In this document: piece by piece, positions 38,979 to 52,709 of the stretch | Layout: each line of letters starts with the position of its first letter | Numbering within the stretch: the first letter of the stretch is position 1 | Source: Nemertoderma westbladi | Taxonomy: Eukaryota; Animalia; Xenacoelomorpha | Assembly: GCA_032718475.1 (NCBI GenBank) | Contig: JAUCBJ010008641.1 | Location: forward strand, 1 to 64,000 | DNA length: 64,000 nucleotides | Direction of reading: 5' to 3' | Position numbers and translations under genes: made by a program | Notes under the pieces: model-generated | Told to the model about the DNA's origin: nothing | The model's database searches: none | What the model saw: only the letters and a program-made list of their open reading frames with translations

Positions 38979-40568
38979 CTTGCTTGGGCAGCCACCAAAC
39001 ATCGAGGTCAGCCCTACAAGGAAAATATATGACAAGACACTACCTATAGAAACAGGGGACTTCACACCTGCCGAACTCCAAAGAAGCATTAAAAGCATGT
39101 CCAATAATAAAGCGAGTGGATTAGATGAAATCCCAGCGGAGGTATGGAAAACCGGAGTGCTAAATACTGTAGACCATTATTGAATGTTTGCAACCGGATG
39201 TTAAAAGGGGAAAAGCCACCACCAATTTGGACTAAAGGTCAACTAAAGCCTCTCCCCAAGAAAGGAGACCTCGGCATACCAACAAACTATCGTGGGATCT
39301 GTCTGCTTGTGGTAGCTGCCAAAATATACAATAAACTGATTCTATATAGGATTAGGCCTCACATAGAGAAACTACTGCGTAAGAGCCAAAACGGATTTCG
39401 ACCAAGTAGATCAACAATAGCTCAGATACTTGCACTACGGAGACTGATTGAAGGAATTAAGTCAAAGAATCTCCCCGCAGTCATGACTTTTGTGGACTTC
39501 AAGAAGGCATTCGACTCCATCCATAGAGGTAAAATGCTTGAAATCCTAAGAGCTTATGGAATACCAGAAGTAATTGTTGCTGGCATTGGATTGTTATATT
39601 GTGACACAGAAGCGCAGGTACTCTCACCAGATGGTGAAACTGAGTTTTTCTCAATCCTGGCTGGCGTACTGCAAGGTGACACATTAGCACCATTACTATT
39701 TGTAATTGTGCTGGATTACGCAATGAGGACGGCCACAAAGGGTGAAGATCTGGGATTCACACTTCAAGAACGCAGAAGTAGTAGATATCCGGCAACTACA
39801 GTCACAGACACCGACTTTGCGGATGGCATCGCCCTGCTCTCTAATACGCTAGCAGATGCACAGCTTCTACTAAATAAAGTGGAGAGGGCTGCTAAGGAGG
39901 TTGGATTGCATATAAATGCTACCAAGACCGAATTCATGACCTTTAATGTTGATGGAAACTTGACAACCATTGATAATAATCAACTAAGGAAGGTCGATGA
40001 CTTCCAGTACCTTGGATCATGGATAGAGAGTAGCAAAAAGGACATAGAAGTTAGGAAAGCAAAGGCTTGGGTAGCTCTATCAAAAATGGATACCATCTGG
40101 AAATCAGATCTCTCCAGGCACCTGAAGACTAAGTTCTTTCGAGCCACAGTGGAAAGTGTATTTTTATACGGCGGTGAGACCTGGACACTGACTAAATCAC
40201 TTGAACAACGAATTGATGGTTGCTACACAAGACTACTAAGGGCAGCCCTAAACATCAGCTGGAGACAACACATGACAAACTCCGAGCTTTATGGTACAAT
40301 ACCACCTGTATCAACCACCCTCCGTGAACGCAGATTAAGATTCAGTGGGCACTGCTGGCGAAGTAAAGACGAGGTCATACCAGATCTACTTCTCTGGCAA
40401 CCAACTCATGGAAAGCGTAGTCGTGGACGACCTGCCATAACATATATAGATCAACTTGAAAGGGATACTGAACTTGGGAGAAACGAAATTGCGACAACTA
40501 TGGAGAATCGGGAAGCCTGGAAGGATCTCATTTCCTCTGTCCGAGTTAGCTCGACCTAGTAGTAGTAG
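38979..40568 (+). mobile_element. RTE-clade LINE (family B), 5'-truncated, with TSD; RT pseudogene
   Basis: KASGLDEIP, PLPKKGD...NYRGICL, QNGFRPSRST, FVDFKKAFDSI, GVLQGDTLAP, FADG (mutated FADD) and FQYLGS. One frameshift near 39165-39180. (TAG)n tail overlaps the stop. tatattaatg duplicated at 38969-38978 and 40569-40578. Confidence 0.95.
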
Positions 40569-42103
40569 TATATTAATGTATCAAGCAAAAAGGGCCTAAT
40601 TATGAATAAAAATACCCATAACATAGAACTTTACTTTTTTTCACCTTTACTTTTCCGTAAATAAATAATTATCTCGAAAATAATAAAAATAGGTTCTGCT
40701 TTTTTCCATTTTAACTAAAATACTAAATACATCTGAAATTTTTATTTTTTCATTATTTGCAATAATTTCTACATAGAATACCGGTAACACATTCATAACA
40801 TACAGTCAAAGAATTTAAGGGAATTGTTGATGGGATGCGTGCAATGGTGCAAACACGCTTCTATCGGATTTAGTACTGTAGTGGTGGCCAGACCTGGTAG
40901 ACCCATTATACTGTATGTACACGAAATGGGACCTTCGCACAGCTCAGCGCAGCACGTGACATAATCTTATGTTAAGTCGAATGAATTAAAAGCAAATTCT
41001 AAGCAGATGTCCCCTAATCACATAGATCACCACATAGAGGCAGACTTGGTACCTGCAGTCGATGTTAGACCTCACAAAAACTCATTCTAATGTCTAGAAT
41101 ATATATGTACCAGGTTTAATCAGGAAGAAAGGATTATAAACAATAATACGAAAGGGCTGAAGCTTTTCATTTCAAACATTTCGAAAATCTTTTCATTTCA
41201 GCCCTCTAGCGGTAGACTGAATAACTTCCTTGAATCACATTCCTCAAAAAGGCATGTAGTCTGGTACAGTACATGTGTGGTAGTCGTATCACAATGGTAC
41301 ACGTGTACATGTGTGAAACCGGGCCATATTCCAAGATTCAGCTTAAACAGATTAAGATAACAGGAAATGGGGAAGGTTGACACTTTCAAACATTTCGCTC
41401 TCTTGCGACAGACTGGAGAACTGCAGACGTATAAGTCTCCTTTGAATGACACAGCTAATGGTCAAGTACAAATCTACCAAGTTTCAGCTTGAGTGAAATA
41501 AAAGCAAAGAAATGGGAAGACATTTATGCTTAGACATGTAGCTCTCTGCGAGAGACTATTGAACTAATGGTGTCTGAAAATCTCTAAAAATGCTTAACTT
41601 TTGATTTTATTGATACCTGCTAAGTTTCAATTCGATAGCTTTAAATCCGACTAAGTTATTAGCATGACAATGCTGGTAACGACAACGCCAACAACGACTA
41701 CTGTTCAACATGGTTTACCGTAAGTGTACCTGGTTGTTTTTTCTCCGGTGTTGTAATTAAATGTTATTTTAACTATTGTGTATGTGTAATAATAATTTAA
41801 ACCAAATTGTTCATATCAAATATTGCTTAACTTTCCATTCACTAAATGAAACTAATGTATTACAGTACTATCGTGAAATAAATATTATCCATTTTTAAAA
41901 TAAAACTGCGTTACTACGTATTGCATGTTAAATAATTTGGAACATATATTGATCATATAGCTCTCGATTTTCTATCATAATAAAATACCTCGAGTATGGC
42001 GAAAATAATGTTCTACATTATTTAACGTACAATAAGTACTTATTATTTTGGCTTTGGCTTAATGAAGAATGTGTACACCAAATTAATTGCACACCTCGTA
42101 ACT

Positions 42104-42128
42104 GTTGCTAGGCAACATAATTAAACAA
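42104..42128 (+). promoter_or_regulatory. RFX X-box plus adjacent forkhead-type motif upstream of FAM161-like gene
   Basis: GTTGCTAGGCAAC (42104-42116) fits the X-box palindrome. TAAACAA at 42122-42128. About 670 bp upstream of a ciliary-family ORF. Confidence 0.7.
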
Positions 42129-42786
42129 AGCTTATTGATCGAGATCAGCTAATCTGACTGTGTGCGTTACATACATTCCGCATTCAGACATTTGTTTTCG
42201 GTCTCAGTCATTCTCTCTCTCTCAGGCCCAGGCCAGGCCTGTCGTCCAGGTATCATTTCACTTTACCGGTAACTAAATACAGAAATATATCTAAAATGTT
42301 TTCCACTTATTTCTGTATTTACTGATTTATTCTGTTATTACTGTATTAGGCTAGTATAACTGTATAAGGAATTGTACCGGTGCCGGTGCATATCTTTGGT
42401 ACCCGCCACTTTTGATTTTATTTCGATAAATAGTTGCCACCACCCTCTGACCCACCGGTTTAGTTTTGGATTAGGGTTAGTTGGGCAGGGCAATATGAAA
42501 TAGTAGTAGATAAAGTCACCTGTATGCCTGTCAGACTGTAGGACTTCGTAGATCATTTTAGCATATTGATTACTCATTACCAGATTACTGTATGGTATGA
42601 TATTGCTGTCCGACATTGTCGGATATTACTATCCGACTATTCTTTGCCTTTCAATTACCGGTAACTATAAATCTTTAATTTTTATTTAATTAATCTTTAT
42701 TAATTTGATCATTTATAGATTATATCAATTGTTCAAACAATCTGGCCTATTTTTCAACTGCAAAATTCCGTTATTTTTACCCAAAA

Positions 42787-45003
42787 ATGGCAGAAATTGC
42801 GTCGAGAGTTAATAATCGCCACGGGATGCAATCCTTGAAGTATTCGATGATGAAGTACAACGTTGCACCGTGTAAACATGAAGCTGGATATAAGGAAGTT
42901 TCTAAAGAGAACGACGTCGAACCAGTAGAAAATGATATAGTTCCATTGAGTAGCGAGATTAATCAACCCCCAAGCCACGACGATATTCTGCAACACTTAG
43001 TCGATAATATGGCGACAATGGAACCAGAAGAATTCTACGAGAAATTACATAAATTAAAAGAGGAGCATCGAGAGACGCTTGATAAATATGAGAGAGTTTA
43101 CGGAGACAAAATCCTCCGAGCTGAAAGCGAGGAGGATATAGAAAACGAAAGATACTCGGATATAATAATACCGGAGGGGGATAAACTACCGCGGGATAAA
43201 GTCCGAGATTTATCGAGTAAACCGCCGCTGGATCCGGCAGGACGGAGTAGGAAGGAAGTTTGGACGCGAGACCGGGAAGATATCGACGTTGGACACGGAG
43301 AAGAATCGGCGAAACAGACTGGAATGGACGACAGCTTCGTCTCGTCCTCCAAGTCCATAGTCGACGAACTGTGGGAGGGGTTCTCCATCGACAACTACCC
43401 ACGGAGGAGAAACTCAAGTCTGGATCGACAACTAGATAAATATTACAAGGAGACGAAAACCGAACCCAAGAAGGATAAATGGACGCCGGTTATAACTGTC
43501 CCGGATCCTTTCAAAATGACCATCAGAGAGGCGACAAAGCCGAAAGGGAGGAGCCGCTGTCAGGAAGAGTTAGAGGAGGATCGTCTGAGAAAGCTACTGG
43601 CGGAGGAGGCGGAATGTTCGGTGAAGTTTAAGGCTCGTCAACCTCCCGCCCATATCTACGTTCCGTTGTACGACGAGTTGCGGAGGAAGGCAGAGCAACG
43701 TAGGATGGAGAATCACGATCTACGAATGGAAGTTCTAAGGGCAACGGAACGCCCGTTTAAGTTCCACGACAGGGACGTGGAGAAACGCGAGTTAAGAGAA
43801 TCGATAGTCGCGGATCGGTTGGAGGGCTTCAGTGGGGGGAAGTTTAACCGTCGGTGTCTGAAGGGGGAAGAGAGAGACTCGTACGTTAAACCGTTCAAAG
43901 CTCGGAGTATCCCGATGGAGATCTACGGTCCGACGGCAGCGGACCGACAGAAGGAGGCGGAGTTGTACCGGGATGTCAGAGTCCGAATGCGAGCCGAGGA
44001 GACGCTGCGAAAGTCGAAACTCCCGCCGAGGTTGAGGGACAGCAAAGCCAACGAGAATATCCGACACAAGATATCGGATATCCGGGCCGATATCCGGAGC
44101 GAAGGGAATCCCTACAGCGACGCGTGTACCTTCCACCCGCGGGTAAACCAAAGGATACCGGACCACGACGAACAGTTCAAACAGTTCCAGAAGGAGTCGG
44201 AACGGCGTAAGGAACGGAGAGGTCCGACCGTGGTGAAACCGTTCCGACTCAGAACAAACAACATCCGCGAAACTAAAGACGACGTCTACAAGGACATGTT
44301 GCGAGACGAAATGCAGTTGAGAGAGAATCGCTGGCCGTATCAGGGCCCGCGCGCGCCGGTTCGCTCGTCCCAGAACTTCTCCCTCCGTAAGTCGCACTCA
44401 ATGGATGCCATTCCGCACAAGATGACGCGTTCCGCCGAGCTCTACAAAGACGTTCGGAGGAGTAAAGCCTACGAGGAGGATGTGAAACGGAATCACGACC
44501 AGTTCGCCGATAAACAGCGGGAGAAGAACGAGCGTCAGTTGCGGAGGACGATAGCGGATAAATCGAAGGCGTATTACTGGAAGCGACCGAGTTCCGACGC
44601 CAAAGAGTTGCGGAGACAGGAGCGACTGCAGGAAGCCGAGTACCAACGGAAGCTCGCGGAGATAATGGGCCGGGTCCAATCGCGGCCGTTGCTTATCGAG
44701 AGGATGAGCGAGGAGAACGCCCGTCGGATAGCGGAACGGAAGTACGAACGAGCGCTGCGAGAGGCGGGATTGTCGCGAGAGTTTGTGGCGTCGCAGGCGA
44801 CTCGCTCGGACGGAGTTTCCAGCTACACCGGGGAGGATTCCGACCCCCGCGGTTTATTCGCTAAGATTTACGTTCATGCTGATGAGGAATTCTCCGAGAG
44901 CACACCGGCTAACGATACCTTTACTATCGACCAACACAGCGGCATTGTGGAGGAAGCGAATTATGTTGACGATGATTACCAAGAGGATTGTTGGGGGTTT
45001 TGA
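42787..45003 (+). CDS. FAM161A: FAM161 (UPF0564) family ciliary/microtubule-associated protein, FAM161A-like, 738 aa, single coding exon
   Basis: Family motifs WTPVITVPDPFKMTIRE, ECSVKFKARQPPAHIYVPLY, PFKFHDRD, PFKARSIP, RVRMRAEETLRKSKLPPR, TFHPRVNQRIPD, TVVKPFRLR and RVQSRPLLIER. Start context aaaaATGG. AATAAA at 45241. A versus B orthology is not resolvable here. Confidence 0.85.
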   Translation: MAEIASRVNNRHGMQSLKYSMMKYNVAPCKHEAGYKEVSKENDVEPVENDIVPLSSEINQPPSHDDILQHLVDNMATMEPEEFYEKLHKLKEEHRETLDKYERVYGDKILRAESEEDIENERYSDIIIPEGDKLPRDKVRDLSSKPPLDPAGRSRKEVWTRDREDIDVGHGEESAKQTGMDDSFVSSSKSIVDELWEGFSIDNYPRRRNSSLDRQLDKYYKETKTEPKKDKWTPVITVPDPFKMTIREATKPKGRSRCQEELEEDRLRKLLAEEAECSVKFKARQPPAHIYVPLYDELRRKAEQRRMENHDLRMEVLRATERPFKFHDRDVEKRELRESIVADRLEGFSGGKFNRRCLKGEERDSYVKPFKARSIPMEIYGPTAADRQKEAELYRDVRVRMRAEETLRKSKLPPRLRDSKANENIRHKISDIRADIRSEGNPYSDACTFHPRVNQRIPDHDEQFKQFQKESERRKERRGPTVVKPFRLRTNNIRETKDDVYKDMLRDEMQLRENRWPYQGPRAPVRSSQNFSLRKSHSMDAIPHKMTRSAELYKDVRRSKAYEEDVKRNHDQFADKQREKNERQLRRTIADKSKAYYWKRPSSDAKELRRQERLQEAEYQRKLAEIMGRVQSRPLLIERMSEENARRIAERKYERALREAGLSREFVASQATRSDGVSSYTGEDSDPRGLFAKIYVHADEEFSESTPANDTFTIDQHSGIVEEANYVDDDYQEDCWGF

Positions 45004-47252
45004 GTTATTAAATTGTTTCTCATTTTTTTCAAGTCACAATCCCTAAAAATTATCTGCTGTAGATATTTACGCGACTTACGATGTACCATCTGGGCTGGGG
45101 AACCTAAATGCCCATCATGTTTATGTATATTTTGTGCCGGTGTGTTCCATCCACTTTGGTTTTATATGTTATATACATTTTGTACTCGTGACTTTCATAT
45201 ATTTTTGGCGGGAATGTTTTATTTCATTTTTGTATTTCATAATAAATCAGGGGAATGAATAATGCAAATTAATTAATAGTTTAATAGTAATTAATAATTA
45301 ATTAATACATTGATTAATATTTAATAAAGAAACTTTCATTGATCAAAACTGCATTCACTTCTTACCGGTCGGAATCAAAGTTCAACCCCCTCGAGAGAAA
45401 ATAGACCCAAATAACAGCTGATTCGCTCCAAAATAGAACTGTAACCTATTCATTGACTTTTGTGTATTGTTAGAATAACGTGTCACTCTAACCTGCTCCT
45501 TTCCCTTAATTGATAATTAGCATTGGTATTTCTCAGAAAATGTGCTAATTTACCGTAATAATCCAATATTATGTAATAAATATTTATTTTGGCCAACCAA
45601 TATATATTTGAGTCATTCATGTTCAGTATATTCAGCTTCTTTATTTCTTTACTTTAACTTTGTCGTGTTGTTTTAATATTTACAATTATTTTTCCCACGT
45701 CCGTTTTCCAGCCACATTTCACTATTAACTATAATATGTCCGACGAAGAACGGAGAATATATGAGATGCGTCGGGTTCAATATCTCCGCATAAAGATTGA
45801 GAAAAAAGTTAAAAGCAAAAATAATAATTCCCACTTGTGCGAATAAGATACCCGCCAATTTTATTAAACTTTGTATGAATTCAACTAAATGCTACTCCTC
45901 CCACATTTTTTAATCAAATTGTTTGAAATTTTCGGTCATTGATCAATATAATGACCAAAAACCTTTAGATAATTTTCATCGGAAGTTTTTTCAAATTATC
46001 GGCTCAAAACACAACATAGATTAGAATTTGAGTGGCGCAAAAACGACAAATAAAAATTCCAAGTAAAATGCATTTAAAGTTTAAACCTTCCCTAGCAAAA
46101 TTGTCGGTTTCTTTCTGAATGTCAATATGTAATAAACTTATAAATGTTAATAAAGAGGCAGACATATAGCTGGAATTTTCGGGACGGGGTTTTCGTGGCC
46201 TGTGATTTCATTTCTGATATCAGTTTTCATGTTTGGCAATATCTAGTGTGGCTGTCTGTCAGAATGTCCGTTTGTTTGTTGGGTTGTCCGTCAAAATATA
46301 ATAAAACACATAACATTGTCGCTATCGGGGTTTTCCAGGTCGGTGATTTCATTTCAAATATCAGTTTTGTGGTTTGGTTTAATCTTGTCTGTGGGTCGGG
46401 CTGTCTGTCTGTTGGTACAGTAATAACTCCAATAGCAGAGGCGTAGCTATGGGGGGGGGGGGGGGGGTATTTGCCCCTGGGCGCCAACGGCCACCGAACG
46501 CCACCGAAAGGGGCGCCTTAATGGCTTTTTTGAGTTGTTAGAATTTGCATTTTTCGATTTATAAACATAACAATTGTAATACTATAATCTCAAATGTATT
46601 TCGGGAATTTTTTTGATAATAATTTTGCTATTAACTTAATCTTCGTATGCAAAATCTGTTGCCATCTAATAGGCCTACGAAACAGAGACAATGGAGTTAT
46701 TATCCTGATAAAAACCATGGAATTTACAAACTACTGCCTTACTAAAACGGGTTCTTAGGTGAGATAAAAGGGCGCCGCTGTATAGTTTGGGCGGACTATT
46801 GAATTTAATATCTACTGTAACTTCCGATAGAAATTCCGGTTTAATATATTGTAACCAACGTTACCTTCAAATCCTTCTTCATTGTACCTAATCTTGGCCT
46901 TGTTTGTCCTTCCTGATAACGTGATTGGCTCTTTGTTCCCGAGAGTGACGTCATTCTTTATTGTTACTTTGACGATTTGATTGTAATTAGTCGGATTGGA
47001 TAGAGTGTAAGACCAAGTACCAGCCTGTCGGGCAAGCAAATATTGGGAACAATTTTAGGCCCTGCTTGTTCAGTTGTAGGTTTTACGTAGGTAAGTGTAA
47101 CTACAAGTTAGTACAAAAAACAACAAAGTTAACGGAACGTTCATTTTAGGGTCCTACTAAAGTCCAAAAATAACTAAAAATGACCTCCGAAGCTACCCGG
47201 AGACAGTTGAAACCGCAGATAATAGCGGTAGAATCAACCCGATATGATTTCA

Positions 47253-50200
47253 TATGTATCCAACTCACCTCTGCTTTGTATCCAACTTACCTAGGCTATG
47301 TATCCAACTCACCTCTGCTTTGTATCCAACTCACCTCTGCTTTGTATCCAACTTACCTAGGCTATGTATCCAACTCACCTCTGCTTTGTATCCAACTCAC
47401 CTCTGCTTTGTATCCAACTTACCTAGGCTATGTATCCAACTCACCTCTGCTTTGTATCCAACTCACCTCTGCTTTGTATCCAACTTACCTAGGCTATGTA
47501 TCCAACTCACCTCTGCTTTGTATCCAACTCACCTCTGCTTTGTATCCAACTTACCTAGGCTATGTACCCAACTCACCTCTGCTTTGTATCCAACTCACCT
47601 CTGCTTTGTATCCAACTCACCTCTGCTTTGTATCCAACTTACCTAGGCTATGTATCCAACTGACCTCAGCTATGAATCCAACTCACCTCTGCTATGTATC
47701 CAACTCACCTCTGCTAAGTATCCAACTCACCTCTGCTTTGTATCCAACTCACCTCTGCTTTGTATCCAACTTACCTAGGCTATGTATCCAACTCACCTCT
47801 GCTTTGTATCCAACTCACCTCTGCTTTGTATCCAACTTACCTAGGCTATGTATCCAACACACCACTGCTTTGTATCCAACTTACCTCTGCTTTGTATCCA
47901 ACTTACCTAGGCTATGTATCCAACTTACCTAGGCTATGTATCCAACTCATCTCAGCTATGTATCCAACTCACCATTGCTTTGTATCCAACTTACCTCTGA
48001 TATGTATCCAACTCATCTCAGCTATGTAACCAACTCACCTCTGCTTTGTATCCAACTTACCTAGGCTATGTATCCAACTCATCTCAGCTATGTATCCAAC
48101 TCACCTCTGCTTTGTATCCAACTTACCTAGGCTATGTATCCAACTTACCTCTGCTATGTATCTAACTCACCTCTGCTATGTATCCAACTCATCTCTGCTA
48201 TGTATCCAACTCACCTCTGCTATGTATCCAACTCACCTCTGCTTTGTATCCAACTTACCTAGGCTATGAATCCAACACACCTCTGCTTTGTATCCAACTT
48301 ACCTAGGCTATGTATCCAACTCACCTAGGCTATGTATCCAACTCACCGCGGCTATGTATCCAACTCACCTCTGCTATGAATCCAACTCACCTCTGCTTTG
48401 TATCCAACTTACCTAGGCTATGTATCCAACTCACCTCTGCTTTGTATCCAACTCACCTCTGCTTTGTATCCAACTCACCTCTGCTATGTATCCAACTTAC
48501 CTAGGCTATGTATCCAACTCACCTCTGCTTTGTATCCAACTCACCTCTGCTTTGTATCCAACTCACCTCTGCTTTGTATCCAACTTACCTAGGCTATGTA
48601 TCCAACTCACCTCGGCTATGTATCCAACTCACCTCTACTTTGTATCCAACTCACCTCTGCTTTGTATCCAACTCACCTCGGCTATGTATCCAACTCACCT
48701 CTGCTATGAATCCAACTCACCTCTGCTTTGTATCCAACTTACCTAGGCTATGTATCCAACTCACCTCTGCTTTGTATCCAACTCACCTCTGCTTTGTCTC
48801 CAACTTACCTAGGCTATGTATCCAACTGACCTCGGCTATGTATCCAACTCACCTCTGCTATGAACCCAACTCACCTCTGCTTTGTATCCAACTTACCTAG
48901 GCTATGTATCCAACTCACCTCTGCTATGTATCCAACTCGCCTCTGCTTTGTATCCAACTCACCTCTGATTTGTATCCAACTCACCTCTGCTTTGTATCCA
49001 ACTTACCTAGGCTATGTATCCAACTCACCTCTGCTATGAATCCAACTCACCTCTGCTTTGTATCCAACTCACCTCTGCTATGTATCCAACTCACCTCTGC
49101 TTTGTATCCAACTTACCTAGGCTATGTATCCAACTCACCTCTGCTATGTATCCAACTCATCTCGGCTATGTATCCAACTCACCTCTGCTATGTATTCAAC
49201 TTATCTCGGCTATGTATCCAACTTACCTAGGCTATGTATCCAACTCACCTCTGCTATGTATCCAACTCACCTCGGCTATGTATCCAACTCACCTCTGCTA
49301 TTTATCCAACTCACCTCGGCTATGTATCCAACTCACCTCTGCTATGTATCCAACTCACCTCTGCTGTGTATCCAACTTACCTAGGCTATGTATCCAACTC
49401 ACCCCTGCTTTGTATCCAACTTACCTAGGCTATGTATCCAACTCACCTAGGCTATGTATCCAACTCACCTCGGCTATGTATCCAACTCACCTCTGCTATG
49501 AATCCAACTCACCTCTGCTTTGTATCCAACTTACCTAGGCTATGTATCCAACTCACCTCTGCTTTGTATCCAACTCACCTCTGCTTTGTATCCAACTCAC
49601 CTCTGCTATGTATCCAAATTACCTAGGCTATGTATCCAACTCACCTCTGCTTTGTATCCAACTCACTTCTGCTTTGTATCCAACTCACCTCTGCTTTGTA
49701 TCCAACTTACCTAGGCTATGTATCCAACTCACCTCGGCTATGTATCCAACTCACCTCTGCTTTGTATCCAACTCACCTCTGCTTTGTATCCAACTCACCT
49801 CGGCTATGTATCCAACTCACCTCTGCTATGAATCCAACTCACCTCTGCTTTGTATCCAACTTACCTAGGCTATGTATCCAACTCACCTCTGCGTTGTATC
49901 CAACTCACCTCTGCTTTGTCTCCAACTTACATAGGCTATGTATCCAACTCACCTCGGCTATGTATCCAACTCACCTCTGCTATGAATCCAACTCACCTCT
50001 GCTTTGTATCCAACTTACCTAGGCTATGTATCCAACTCACCTCTGCTATGTATCCAACTCGCCTCTGCTTTGTATCCAACTCACCTCTGATTTGTATCCA
50101 ACTCACCTCTGCTTTGTATCCAACTTACCTAGGCTATGTATCCAACTCACCTCTGCTATGAATCCAACTCACCTCTGCTTTGTATCCAACTCACCTCTGC

Positions 50201-52709
50201 TATGTATCCAACTCACCTCTGCTTTGTATCCAACTTACCTAGGCTATGTATCCAACTCACCTCTGCTATGTATCCAACTCATCTCGGCTATGTATCCAAC
50301 TCACCTCTGCTATGTATCCAACTCATCTCGGCTATGTATCCAACTTACCTAGGCTATGTATCCAACTCACCTCTGCTATGTATCCAACTCACCTCGGCTA
50401 TGTATCCAACTCACCTCTGCTATGTATCCAACTCACCTCGGCTATGTATCCAACTCACCTCGGCTATGTATCCAACTCACCTCTGCTATGTATCCAACTC
50501 ACCTCGGCTATGTATCCAACTCACCTCTGCTATGTATCCAACTCACCTCGGCTATGTATCCAACTCACCTCGGCTATGTATCCAACTCACCTCTGCTATG
50601 TATCCAACTCATCTCGGCTATGTATCCAACTCACCTCTGCTATGTATCCAACTCATCTCGGCTATGTATCCAACTTACCTAGGCTATGTATCCAACTCAC
50701 CTCTGCTATGTATCCAACTCACCTCGGCTATGTATCCAACTCACCTCTGCTATGTATCCAACTCATCTCGGCTATGTATCCAACTTACCTAGGCTATGTA
50801 TCCAACTCACCTCTGCTATGTATCCAACTCACCTCGGCTATGTATCCATCTCACCTCTGCTATGTATCCAACTCACCTCGGCTATGTATCCAACTCACCT
50901 CGGCTATGTATCCAACTCACCTCTGCTATGTATCCAACTCACCTCTGCTATGTATCCAACTCACCTCGGCTATGTATCCATCTCACCTCTGCTATGTATC
51001 CAACTCACCCCTGCTATGTATCCAACTCACCTCGGCTATGTATCCAACTCAACTAGGCTATGTATCCAACACACCTCTGCTATGTATCCAACTCACCTCG
51101 GCTATGTATCCAACTCACCTCGGCTATGTATCCAACTCACCTCGGCTATGTATCCAACTCACCTCGGCTATGTATCCAACTCACCTCTGCTATGTATCCA
51201 ACTCACCTCTGCTATGTATCCAACTCACCTCGGCTATGTATCCAACTCACCTCGGCTATGTATCCAACTCACCTCTGCTATGTATCCAACTCACCTCGGC
51301 TATGTATCCAACTCACCTCGGCTATGTATCCAACTCACCTCTGCTATGTATCCAACTCACCTCTGCTATGTATCCAACTCACCTCGGCTATGTATCCATC
51401 TCACCTCTGCTATGTATCCAACTCACCCCTGCTATGTATCCAACTCACCTCGGCTATGTATCCAACTCAACTAGGCTATGTATCCAACACACCTCTGCTA
51501 TGTATCCAACTCACCTCGGCTATGTATCCAACTCACCTCTGCTATGTATCCAACTCACCTCTGCTATGTATCCAACTCACCTCGGCTATGTATCCAACTC
51601 ACCTCTGCTATGTATCCAACTCACCTCTGCTATGTATCCAACTCACCTCGGCTATGTATCCAACTCACCTCTGCTATGTATCCAACTCACCTCGGCTATG
51701 TATCCAACTCACCTCGGCTATGTATCCAACTCACCTCTGCTATGTATCCAACTCACCTCTGCTATGTATCCAACTCACCTCGGCTATGTATCCAACTCAC
51801 CTCTGCTATGTATCCAACTCACCTCTGCTATGTATCCAACTCACCTCGGCTATGTATCCATCTCACCTCTGCTATGTATCCAACTCACCTCTGCTATGTA
51901 TCCAACTCACCTCGGCTATGTATCCAACTCAACTAGGCTATGTATCCAACTCACCTCTGCTTTGTATCCAACTTACCTAGGCTATGTATCCAACTCACCT
52001 CTGCTATGTATCCAACTCACCTCGGCTATGTATCCAACTCACCTCGGCTATGTATCCAACTCACCTCTGCTATGTATCCAACTCACCTCTGCTATGTATC
52101 CAACTCACCTCGGCTATGTATCCATCTCACCTCTGCTATGTATCCAACTCACCTCTGCTATGTATCCAACTCACCTCTGCTATGTATCCAACTCACCTCG
52201 GCTATGTATCCAACTCACCTCGGCTATGTATCCAACTCACCTCTGCTATGTATCCAACTCACCTCTGCTATGTATCCAACTCACCTCGGCTATGTATCCA
52301 TCTCACCTCTGCTATGTATCCAACTCACCTCTGCTATGTATCCAACTCACCTCGGCTATGTATCCAACTCACCTCTGCTATGTATCCAACTCACCTCTGC
52401 TATGTATCCAACTCACCTCGGCTATGTATCCATCTCACCTCTGCTATGTATCCAACTCACCTCTGCTATGTATCCAACTCACCTCTGCTATGTATCCAAC
52501 TCACCTCGGCTATGTATCCAACTCACCTCGGCTATGTATCCAACTCACCTCTGCTATGTATCCAACTCACCTCTGCTATGTATCCAACTCACCTCGGCTA
52601 TGTATCCATCTCACCTCTGCTATGTATCCAACTCACCTCTGCTATGTATCCAACTCACCTCGGCTATGTATCCAACTCACCTCTGCTATGTATCCTACTC
52701 ACCTCAGCG
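47253..52709. repeat. Satellite array, 22-bp unit tatgtatccaactcacctctgc, roughly 245 copies
   Basis: Tandem 22-mers with a few discrete variants (ttacctagg / tcacctctg / tcacctcgg; ttt or tat). A 1122-bp (51-unit) block duplication is visible as ORF-track starts 48310/49432, 48904/50026 and 49124/50246. Confidence 0.98.

Noticed and set aside
42959-44679. Several antisense ORFs within the FAM161 gene (similar ones occur within the CRE RT at 62362-63664)
   Set aside because: Shadow ORFs expected opposite GC-rich coding sequence, with no recognisable motifs.
17677-46467. Long poly-G runs at about 17677, 19015, 21363, 37293 and 46450
   Set aside because: Most lie within MITE-like fragments, and homopolymer length is unreliable in assemblies. 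No functional claim is supportable.
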